From a virus (lineage: Duplodnaviria > Caudoviricetes), in IMG/VR virus record IMGVR_UViG_3300048858_000099, positions 5,373-69,372 of that record: a stretch of DNA of 64,000 nucleotides. One strand, 5' to 3'. Of this stretch, positions 27,896 to 35,348 are shown one piece after another. The notes below the pieces were generated by a model, which worked only from the letters and a program-made list of their open reading frames with translations, ran no database searches and had not been told where the DNA came from. A program made the position numbers and the translations under genes. The stretch's first letter is position 1. The number at the start of each line of letters is the position of its first letter.

Positions 27896-29191
27896 TTACC
27901 CGTACACGAAGATGACGCGAGCCCAACCGGGCGATCCGTTGCCGCCGGCTCCAGCAGCGTTGCCGTTGAGAGACGCACCTCCGCCACCACCGCCCGCCCC
28001 TTTAACCGATGCAGTAGCTGTCCCACCTGCTTGTGCAGGACCAGTGATTGAAGCAGCACCGCCACCCGAACCTCCGCCACGCCAGCCGGGCATACCTACC
28101 GCGCCAGAAGCAGGGCCTGCGCCACCGACGATGCCACCGGCGAACTGAGTGTTGCCCTGGTTGAAGCAAAAGCTGCCGCCGCCGGCGCCGCCGTTGCTGG
28201 CGGCATCGGCGGCGCTGATTCCGCCTCCAGCCCCTCCGGGACCTGAGGCGCCTGAGTAATTCGCGTTTGGGTTGCCACCTATCCCTCCCGACGTCGAGGC
28301 AGACCCACCCATTGTCCCTGGTTGACCACCGCTTCCAGGAGCTCCACCGACACCGTCTGCTGCCGAACCACCCGATCCGCCTACTGCACCCTGCACGCGA
28401 AAGGTGTAGCTGCCAGCTGTAAATGTCGTAGTCCCGCCATCACCACCTTTGCCTCCGTTTGTGTCGTTGGCGCCGCCAGCGGAGCCGCCAGTTCCACCCG
28501 CGCCAATGGTGACGGAGTATGTGGTCCCAAGATTCGCGGCCGGTATCCAGAAGTCTTCAAAAACACCCGCTGAACCACCACCACCACCACCGCAACGGAC
28601 GGTGCCAGCAGCGCCGCGTCGTCCACCACCACCACCACCGCCACCACCAACGAGGCTGACGAGAACACCCACTGCGCCCTCCGGTATGGCTTGGCCAGAG
28701 ACCGAAGTGAGATGCTCAACGGCGACGCGTCGGCCTTGGTTGTAGGTCGCGTAGTTGGCGTCGAGAGCCGTCTTGCTTCGCCGATCCGAACCGACCTTCC
28801 ACGCGGTCCCCGACCAACGGAGGGTGACTCCAAAGCCAACCGTCGAGATGGTCTCTAAGGTGGAACCACCGTAGGTGAGCGAGAGTGCGTTCGCGCCAGC
28901 AGCTAGGAGGATCTCGACTTCGTCACCGTTGTCGGGTGACAACGGCAGGGGCTGAGATATTGCGGCCGCAGTCGTATCAAATGAAACGCTGTGCCATGGC
29001 AGCATGGCGTAAGAGCTGGTTTTCAGCCCTTGATCGCTAAATCGTTGGCGCTTTGTCAACAGCGACAATCCAAGGGTCCGAAGAGCGACGTTCAGACGCT
29101 TCGCCCAGTTGTTCTCGTCTACAACACCGCTCGCCGAACCGGGAGCAAGGAACTCAATCTCATCGACATCCGTGCCTGGGTACTTGGCCAT
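27896..29191 (-). CDS. Glycine-rich tail fibre-like protein
   Basis: LVGGGGGGGGG, TYSVTIGAGGTGG, GAGGNGSPGWARV typical of Gly-rich fibre domains. Confidence 0.8.
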   Translation of the reverse strand: MAKYPGTDVDEIEFLAPGSASGVVDENNWAKRLNVALRTLGLSLLTKRQRFSDQGLKTSSYAMLPWHSVSFDTTAAAISQPLPLSPDNGDEVEILLAAGANALSLTYGGSTLETISTVGFGVTLRWSGTAWKVGSDRRSKTALDANYATYNQGRRVAVEHLTSVSGQAIPEGAVGVLVSLVGGGGGGGGGRRGAAGTVRCGGGGGGSAGVFEDFWIPAANLGTTYSVTIGAGGTGGSAGGANDTNGGKGGDGGTTTFTAGSYTFRVQGAVGGSGGSAADGVGGAPGSGGQPGTMGGSASTSGGIGGNPNANYSGASGPGGAGGGISAADAASNGGAGGGSFCFNQGNTQFAGGIVGGAGPASGAVGMPGWRGGGSGGGAASITGPAQAGGTATASVKGAGGGGGGASLNGNAAGAGGNGSPGWARVIFVYG

Positions 29192-29210
29192 CCGTGACTC
29201 CTAGGTTTGG

Positions 29211-29234
29211 GGCAGGTCGATGCGAGGACCTGCC
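29211..29234. terminator. Hairpin between divergent genes
   Basis: GGCAGGTC-8 nt-GACCTGCC. Confidence 0.4.
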
Positions 29235-29334
29235 GGGGTGAGGGTGTGCGATGCGGAACCGCTGAAAGGGCTGTCCACGACATCGCACTCGGCCGTACCG
29301 TGATCGCTCGGGAGCGTCACGACGGGGAGGCGAC

Positions 29335-29754
29335 ATGGGCTGGTTCGGCCGGCAGCGGCACGAGGACGAAGAGCAGGACCGCCGTGTCGCACAGATGAGG
29401 GCTGACTACTACCGCCAGCTCGAGGAAGACCGTGTTCGTGACGCCCGCAAGCGTGATGACGAGTGGCGCCGGCGGTACGCGCGAGACCAGGAAGACCACC
29501 GGCGTGAGCAGTTACGCCGGGACGACGAAGCTCGGCGGCGGCGACTTGTCGAGGACGACCAGCGGCGTCGAGATGAGCAACGCCGACTGGACGACGAGCG
29601 CAGGCGCGAGGACTTGCGCCGGGCTGAGCTACGTCGTCAGGAGGAGCAGCGGAGGCGCGAGGAAGAGCGGCGCCGCCAAGAGCAGGAGCGGCGTAGGCAA
29701 GACGAGCAGCGTCGGCGAGATGACGAAGCACGCCGTCGTCGGGGTGGCTGGTAG
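29335..29754 (+). CDS. Highly charged Arg/Glu/Asp/Gln-rich protein (single alpha-helix-like)
   Basis: RBS GGGGAGG; repeated RRxDE/RRxEE units; opposite strand to its neighbours. Confidence 0.6.
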   Translation: MGWFGRQRHEDEEQDRRVAQMRADYYRQLEEDRVRDARKRDDEWRRRYARDQEDHRREQLRRDDEARRRRLVEDDQRRRDEQRRLDDERRREDLRRAELRRQEEQRRREEERRRQEQERRRQDEQRRRDDEARRRRGGW

Positions 29755-29760
29755 TCCGCA

Positions 29761-29814
29761 TCACGCGCCGAACGGGGCCGAGCCGAAGGGGGCTGAGCCG
29801 AAGCCGCCTTGGGA
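29761..29814. repeat. Direct repeat copy 1 (54 bp, 1 mismatch with 31341-31394)
   Basis: tcacgcgccgaacggggccgagccgaagggggctgagccgaagccgcc[t/c]tggga. Confidence 0.95.
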
Positions 29815-29910
29815 GGGGGGCTGCACAACCAAGGCCGCCATGAAGTCCAGGCCGAGGTTGTTGCCGAGCGAGCCCGGAGTCATGAGGTACGTGGGCGCGC
29901 CGAGGGCCAT
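29761..29910 (-). CDS. 49 aa protein ending SQGGFGSAPFGSAPFGA
   Basis: ATG at 29910 overlaps the stop of 29910-30185 (TGATG). Confidence 0.55.
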   Translation of the reverse strand: MALGAPTYLMTPGSLGNNLGLDFMAALVVQPPSQGGFGSAPFGSAPFGA

Positions 29911-30185
29911 CAGTCGTCGTTCCTCAGCCAGGCCCAGGTGGTCGACCCCGACTCCGTGTACGCCCATAGGGTGTCCGGGCCATTGAGCGGCATAGGCACG
30001 GTCGCGCCGGCCAGCAGTGGCCACCGCTGGCCGACCTGTATGTCCTCACCGCCACACCACAGCGTCACCGAGCCGGTGTTCGTGAACAGGAAGCTCACCC
30101 CGAGGCGGGTGCTGTCGGGGGACGATGGCAGCTCGATCGCCGCGGGGGTGGTGGTGGAGGTGCCCTCTTTGGCAGCGAAGGTCAT
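29910..30185 (-). CDS. Small beta-rich hypothetical virion-module protein
   Basis: 91 aa ORF coupled to the downstream gene. Confidence 0.6.
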   Translation of the reverse strand: MTFAAKEGTSTTTPAAIELPSSPDSTRLGVSFLFTNTGSVTLWCGGEDIQVGQRWPLLAGATVPMPLNGPDTLWAYTESGSTTWAWLRNDD

Positions 30186-30262
30186 ACGTCGACCAGGCTA
30201 GTCGCGGACATTGACAGGCAGTTGGACCAAAGGCCCTCACGCGAGGCCACGATCTAGATACG

Positions 30263-30733
30263 GTGCGTGACGTGCAACCCCTCGCGTTCCAGACTGCGGC
30301 GACCGTCGTTCCTACCGTTGCGATCGCGGTCGCGATCTCGGGCAAGTTCTTCCTGCCATCGACCTACGACGACAAGGTCACATACCCGAGCTGGCTGGCG
30401 GGGTGGATCAAAGAGTACTTGTGGCTCGTCGCGCTCCTGTTTCTCGCGTTCGCTGTGAGAGCCGAGCGCGTAGCGATGGGAGTTCTTGCGCGAGGGTCGG
30501 GTACGCCTGAGGAATGGAGTCAGGTTAAGTGGTCTCTGATCATCATGGCGGTCATAGGAGTGGTCGGCGTTGCTGTGCCGTCAGTGGCGGCTCGGATAGG
30601 GACGTCGAGGGCGGCGGTCGACAACGCTAAGGAGCACGCTCCGGTCTACGTCGCTAGAGAGGGCGCGCAGGCGCTTGTGATCTTCTACGCCATCTCGTTC
30701 GCAGGGATCGCCGCCATCGCCCTCTGGACCTAG
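30263..30733 (+). CDS. Multi-pass membrane protein
   Basis: Four hydrophobic segments; opposite strand. Confidence 0.65.
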   Translation: MRDVQPLAFQTAATVVPTVAIAVAISGKFFLPSTYDDKVTYPSWLAGWIKEYLWLVALLFLAFAVRAERVAMGVLARGSGTPEEWSQVKWSLIIMAVIGVVGVAVPSVAARIGTSRAAVDNAKEHAPVYVAREGAQALVIFYAISFAGIAAIALWT

Positions 30734-30734
30734 G

Positions 30735-31238
30735 TCAGTCACAGAACGACGAGGCGGGGTTTGTGCGCTCGTAGTAGTTCTCGCCCTTATAGACGATCCA
30801 GCCGGCCACTTCAACGCAGTGGCCTCGGGCGGGAACGGACACGGGTCCGGCGTAGTACTTGTACTTCGTGTCGTATTTGGCTGGCTGGGGGTCGCTGTCC
30901 ATCACGACGGGCGAGGTCTCGTGGCAGTCATCCCAGTACGGCTCTGTCTCGTAGCACTTCATGACGTACACATGAGTCTCGAGAGCAACCCCCACCGTGG
31001 GGCCTACGTGGTTCAAGACAGCGCAGTTTCGGCCGGTCTTAGAGTCGTAGTACGCCTTCATCTCAGCGATCTTTATCTTCTGTTTGTCGACAAATGACCA
31101 CGTCTCGAGGAGCTTGCCTGGGCACTTCCCCACCGGAGCCGCCGCCGCAGCCGGCTGGGCGGTAGCTAGCGCTGCAGGCAACAGCCCAAGCGCCAGTGCT
31201 GAAGCGATCGCTGTCAGACGTTGCTTGGTCGACCTCAT
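30735..31238 (-). CDS. Secreted protein, Streptomyces spore-associated protein A (SapA)-like
   Basis: Signal peptide MRSTKQRL..AQPAAA; YYDSKTGRNCAV, YKYYAGPVSVPARGHCV motifs. Confidence 0.6.
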   Translation of the reverse strand: MRSTKQRLTAIASALALGLLPAALATAQPAAAAAPVGKCPGKLLETWSFVDKQKIKIAEMKAYYDSKTGRNCAVLNHVGPTVGVALETHVYVMKCYETEPYWDDCHETSPVVMDSDPQPAKYDTKYKYYAGPVSVPARGHCVEVAGWIVYKGENYYERTNPASSFCD

Positions 31239-31340
31239 CGTGACCCCCCGAGCGTGGCTGGTGACGTTCTGGGAGCACCGTAGCCATGTGGGTGACACTT
31301 CGTGAGGGTGTTCCCTTGATCCGATCGAACTACATGCGTG

Positions 31341-31394
31341 TCACGCGCCGAACGGGGCCGAGCCGAAGGGGGCTGAGCCGAAGCCGCCCTGGGA
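31341..31394. repeat. Direct repeat copy 2
   Basis: First 48 bp identical to 29761-29808. Confidence 0.95.
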
Positions 31395-32375
31395 TGTCGC
31401 CAGCTCAGGCCATGCCTCAACGAGCCCCGGCCATGTCCCGGTCCAGGCACCGTTCACGAACTCAACGATGTGCGGGATAGTCACCGTGTCGCCCTCGTCG
31501 TCCGTGATGGTGCAGGCCAGTTCGATCACTCCCGACCTGTCGCACGTCACCGTGGCCGATGGCCCCGAAGCCGAGACGGAGGCGTAGGCCCCCAAGGGTG
31601 CCGCCGCCACGCTGTAGGCGTAGGTCACCGCACCGTCGTCAGGGTCAGTTGCCGACGTCGTGAGCGTCGCGGAGTCCCCAAACCATGCCCGGCGGTACTG
31701 GGAGGCCGCCACGGGCAGCAGGTTCGGCGGCACCACGGGTCCTGGGTAGGCGTCAGACCGCACAGCCCAGTCGTCGAACAGGTGACTCGCGATCGTCGTG
31801 TCGTCCACGGCCCCCAGGCGCAAGTACGTCGGCGCACCACGGAGGCCGGCCGTGTCATCTCCGTCGAAGGAGTCGAACAGCTCCCAGGTGTCCGAGGCGG
31901 TGTAGACCCGCAGCGCGGTCGTGCCCGTGCCCTCCTGAAACCGTCCGAAGACCTCGAAGCGCATCCAGGTGTCGAGCGGCAGGGGCTGCGTCTGGTGGTA
32001 GCTCGTGCCGTAGGCGTTGCGGAGGCGGATCGTCCGATCTGTCCGGAGCTCCAGGTCCATGCACGAGCCCGCGGTGTTCCCGAACTGCAGGATGCGGTGG
32101 TTGCTCGTTGGCGTTCCGAGCTTGGCGTTGAACCGCGCGTACGACTGGCCGTCGTTACCCGTGGACCACTCGACGTACGCCCTGCCAGGCGTCGAGCCAA
32201 CCGCCGTCTGCAGAGCCAACGAGCCGTGAGCGACCGAGGCGTTCGTGTACCGGACGATGGCACCAGCCGCCGAGCGGACGACGTTCTGGAACGCGTCGGG
32301 GAACGCACTGTTGCCCGTCGTGACGTCGGTGAGGCTTGGGGCACCGGACTCGAAGCTGTTGGCCTTGGACGTCAT
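31341..32375 (-). CDS. ConA/LamG-like plus PKD-like domain protein ending GGFGSAPFGSAPFGA
   Basis: PLDTWMRFEV (lectin-like), TSATDPDDGAVTYAYS..ITDDEG (PKD-like); ATG at 32375 overlaps the upstream stop. Confidence 0.65.
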   Translation of the reverse strand: MTSKANSFESGAPSLTDVTTGNSAFPDAFQNVVRSAAGAIVRYTNASVAHGSLALQTAVGSTPGRAYVEWSTGNDGQSYARFNAKLGTPTSNHRILQFGNTAGSCMDLELRTDRTIRLRNAYGTSYHQTQPLPLDTWMRFEVFGRFQEGTGTTALRVYTASDTWELFDSFDGDDTAGLRGAPTYLRLGAVDDTTIASHLFDDWAVRSDAYPGPVVPPNLLPVAASQYRRAWFGDSATLTTSATDPDDGAVTYAYSVAAAPLGAYASVSASGPSATVTCDRSGVIELACTITDDEGDTVTIPHIVEFVNGAWTGTWPGLVEAWPELATSQGGFGSAPFGSAPFGA

Positions 32376-33247
32376 GCATACCCAGGGGAGACGTAGGACT
32401 TGCCGGGCTTGCTGCTCACAAATGAGGTCCGCCCGTTCGGGGCAAGCCGCACACCCTGGCCCCACCACGACGAGTTCGTGAGCAAGACCTCGCCTGGCCA
32501 TGCCTTGGACGGGCTCGGCCTCACCCAGAATTCGCGGGTGGCGATCTCGGGTCGTGCACCGTTGCCATCGGCGACCATGTAGCCGGCGGCACCAGAGTCG
32601 GCTGTGCCTTCGAGGTAGACCCGGCTGAACTCATAGAGACCGAGCGGGGTAAAGACGTTCGGCTTCTCCGGGTGGGCGAACTGGTGTGGGTTCAGGAAGA
32701 ACCCCTGGTAGCCATACCGCGCGTAGAGGCGATCCACGCGCAGGTTGGTCGGTCCGTTCCATGTCTGGATGACGTCAGAGTGGTTGCCCGACTCGGACCC
32801 GAGGATGGGGTCCGGGAACGCCGCGTTGCAGATCTGCACGCTGAGGCCGGGCTCGCCCTGGCTGTCGATGTCGATGCCCTCACGCGGGTAGCCCGAGACC
32901 CGCAGACCCTCAACGTGCAAAGTGCGCGCCTGACCCTGGTCGGGGTGGCCCTTGACGAACAAGCCGCGGCGAAGTGTTCCGTGATCCTCCCCGAGGTCTG
33001 TGGCGAAGAAGACCTCGAGGTTCCTGGCGACGACGTTGCGACCGCCGTTCAGTTCGATTCCGGAGTCCTGCGTCAGCGTCACCCCGCGACCGTCAACGAT
33101 GTAGTCGCGGTTCGGGTCCATCATCGCTCGGCGCCCTGTTGGGGTGTTCGAGAGCCGGATGGTGAGCGGGTCGACCAGCGTCGGCGGTCGATACCTCAGT
33201 CGGCCGTCGTCTTGAAGCGCGCCGTTGCCGAGGCGGTGCAGCGGCAT
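32372..33247 (-). CDS. Putative parallel beta-helix carbohydrate-active protein
   Basis: GGRNVV, HVEGLRVSG, EGID, HSDVIQTW, LRVDRL, GYQGFFL beta-strand/turn repeats. Confidence 0.55.
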   Translation of the reverse strand: MPLHRLGNGALQDDGRLRYRPPTLVDPLTIRLSNTPTGRRAMMDPNRDYIVDGRGVTLTQDSGIELNGGRNVVARNLEVFFATDLGEDHGTLRRGLFVKGHPDQGQARTLHVEGLRVSGYPREGIDIDSQGEPGLSVQICNAAFPDPILGSESGNHSDVIQTWNGPTNLRVDRLYARYGYQGFFLNPHQFAHPEKPNVFTPLGLYEFSRVYLEGTADSGAAGYMVADGNGARPEIATREFWVRPSPSKAWPGEVLLTNSSWWGQGVRLAPNGRTSFVSSKPGKSYVSPGYA

Positions 33248-33537
33248 CAGTCGACCGTCTGGATCCAGGAGTCTCGCGAGAGGGCATCACCAGGTGGCAC
33301 CGGGCCGATGCGGAAGTACAGGCCGTTGGGCACCTCACTGACCGGAGCCCGCTGTGTGTAGCCGTCGTTGTAGAGGTCCACGCGTAGACCCTGAGCCGCA
33401 GCCAGGACCGTCACCGCATCGACCAGGGCGTCGATCGTGGCCTTGAGCGCCTTCGAGTTGCTGTTGATCCGAGCGGGGGAGTTCCGAAGCAGGTCGTCGC
33501 CCGCGATGTCGATCAGGTTGGGCTTCTGGATCGGCAT
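33247..33537 (-). CDS. Small fibre-anchor-like protein
   Basis: N-terminus resembles that of the upstream spike protein. Confidence 0.55.
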   Translation of the reverse strand: MPIQKPNLIDIAGDDLLRNSPARINSNSKALKATIDALVDAVTVLAAAQGLRVDLYNDGYTQRAPVSEVPNGLYFRIGPVPPGDALSRDSWIQTVD

Positions 33538-35348
33538 CAGATTCTCGTGTGCAACGTGAGGTGGGCGAACGTGACCGGGGTAGAGCCGTCACCAGCGTGG
33601 CCGACGATGCGGATCAGGACGTCGGTCTTGGCGGCGGGAGGCACCGACACCCACCCGAAGTTCTGCTTGAGCCCCGCTGCGCCGTCGACGTCGAGACGGG
33701 CAGCGCTCTCGGCGAAGTACGTCCAGCCTGAGGCGCCCGTCAGATCGGTTGTGTACTGCGGACGGAGGTACGAACCAGTCGGGCCAGGTGAGGTGACGCC
33801 GGCGACGAGCTTGAGATAGTTCGAGCGTCGGAGGTCCTGCGCCTCGTAGAACGCGGCGCTGCCGCCGTAGCGGTAGGCGGGCGAGATGTTGCCGACGCTC
33901 GGGTCGCCAGGGGTGCCCGATGGGATCACGAACTGACCTGACCCCATCGGGAGGGTGAGCGCATTCTCCTTGCCGCGACGGATGTCCGGGTAGGACCGCA
34001 CGCGGGCGGACGGCGGGCCGGTCCAGAATCGAGTGCCCTCGTCCATGATGCCAAGGTTGCCCGTGGAGTTCGCCGTGACCTCGAGCGACTTCGTGAGTCC
34101 CCAGATCTGGCCGTGGATCGTCGAGCCCGGTTCGATCCAGTCGGCGTAGACCCCGACGTCAGATGGGGTGTAGACGCCGTTGTTGGAGTCGTTGTCCTCG
34201 ACGTTGACGTTGAGGTTGAGCGCCTGGACCCGGCACACGCGCAGGCCCTCAGCGCCGCGCAAAGCCAGACCGGCGAACCCGCCCCCGCCTTGGCCGTCGT
34301 CGCCGTTCGACCCGTCTCGCCGTAGCTCGGCGTTCGCGATGCTGACGTGCTGCCCGCTGCCGTAGGCGCTGACGGTGATGCCGTCCTGCGCGTTTCGGTC
34401 GGTGTGGATGCCCGTGAGCGTGATGCCGCCGTTGCCCGAGCCACCGTCAACCACGATGCCTGATCCGCCCTTGTTGAAGACGGAGTGGAGGTCGTGCGCC
34501 TCGATCTGACCGGGGGAGGTGAAGCGGATGCCGTGGCCCTCGTTGGACACCGCGAGCAGCCCGTTGATCTTCGCGTCGGTGAGACCGTCGAAGTGGAAGC
34601 CCTCCTGGTCCTGCGTCGCGCTCGTTCCCGCCGACCACACCTGGATGTCCCGGAACCTGCCGCCGCGAGGGCCGGTCGAGCCGTAGGGAGCTGTCCAGAC
34701 GCCGCGGCCCGAGGTCTGGATGATGTTGACCTCAAGGGCCTGGAAGCCGCGCACGAGACCCTTGACCAGAATGCCGTGGACGAGCCCGGTGCCGCCCGGC
34801 CGTTTGCTCTTGCCATCGAGACCCACGCCGACGATCGAGCAGTTCGCCGGCTCCACGCCGTCGTTCAGCGTGGCGTCTTGGGCCAGCACCAGAGCCTCGC
34901 CCGTGAAGCCGTCCATGGCGATGAGGCAGCACCCCTGGATCACCTGCTGCAGCGAGGCCCCAGCGAAGTTGCTGGGGTAGGAGAAGTACTCCGAGCCGGG
35001 CCCGAGGATGCGTTGCGCTTCGCGGCGGTACCGAACAGGCCGGATGGTCGGGTAGTTCTTGCGGCCCAGCGTCAGCACGCCGCCCTCACCGAGGTCGACC
35101 ATGGCCGTGTCGAACGCACCGGACCAGCCCACGCTGGCGTCGTAGCTGGATGAGAAGTCGCGGTCGATGTTGAGCGCGTCCCACGAGGACCGGACGAGGG
35201 TCGGGATGTCGCCGACCTCGATCTTGCGCGCCTCAAGGTCGTTGACCGCGTTCTTGAGCGTCGTGGCGATCGTGTTGAGGTCTTGGCGGCTCTGGTCCCT
35301 CAGGCTGTCGTCCGGGTCCAGCGTTGGTAGCGAGTCGATGAGCGCCAC
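33537..35348 (-). CDS. Tailspike/depolymerase-like right-handed beta-helix protein
   Basis: AFDTAM..GGVLTLG..YP, RILGPG, repeated N.G.GI/DGI units. Confidence 0.8.
   Translation of the reverse strand: MALIDSLPTLDPDDSLRDQSRQDLNTIATTLKNAVNDLEARKIEVGDIPTLVRSSWDALNIDRDFSSSYDASVGWSGAFDTAMVDLGEGGVLTLGRKNYPTIRPVRYRREAQRILGPGSEYFSYPSNFAGASLQQVIQGCCLIAMDGFTGEALVLAQDATLNDGVEPANCSIVGVGLDGKSKRPGGTGLVHGILVKGLVRGFQALEVNIIQTSGRGVWTAPYGSTGPRGGRFRDIQVWSAGTSATQDQEGFHFDGLTDAKINGLLAVSNEGHGIRFTSPGQIEAHDLHSVFNKGGSGIVVDGGSGNGGITLTGIHTDRNAQDGITVSAYGSGQHVSIANAELRRDGSNGDDGQGGGGFAGLALRGAEGLRVCRVQALNLNVNVEDNDSNNGVYTPSDVGVYADWIEPGSTIHGQIWGLTKSLEVTANSTGNLGIMDEGTRFWTGPPSARVRSYPDIRRGKENALTLPMGSGQFVIPSGTPGDPSVGNISPAYRYGGSAAFYEAQDLRRSNYLKLVAGVTSPGPTGSYLRPQYTTDLTGASGWTYFAESAARLDVDGAAGLKQNFGWVSVPPAAKTDVLIRIVGHAGDGSTPVTFAHLTLHTRI

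Noticed and set aside
29761-31394. Diversity-generating retroelement (template/variable repeat pair) or invertible segment
   Set aside because: The repeats are short, direct and nearly identical with no adenine-specific differences; no reverse transcriptase or invertase is in the window.
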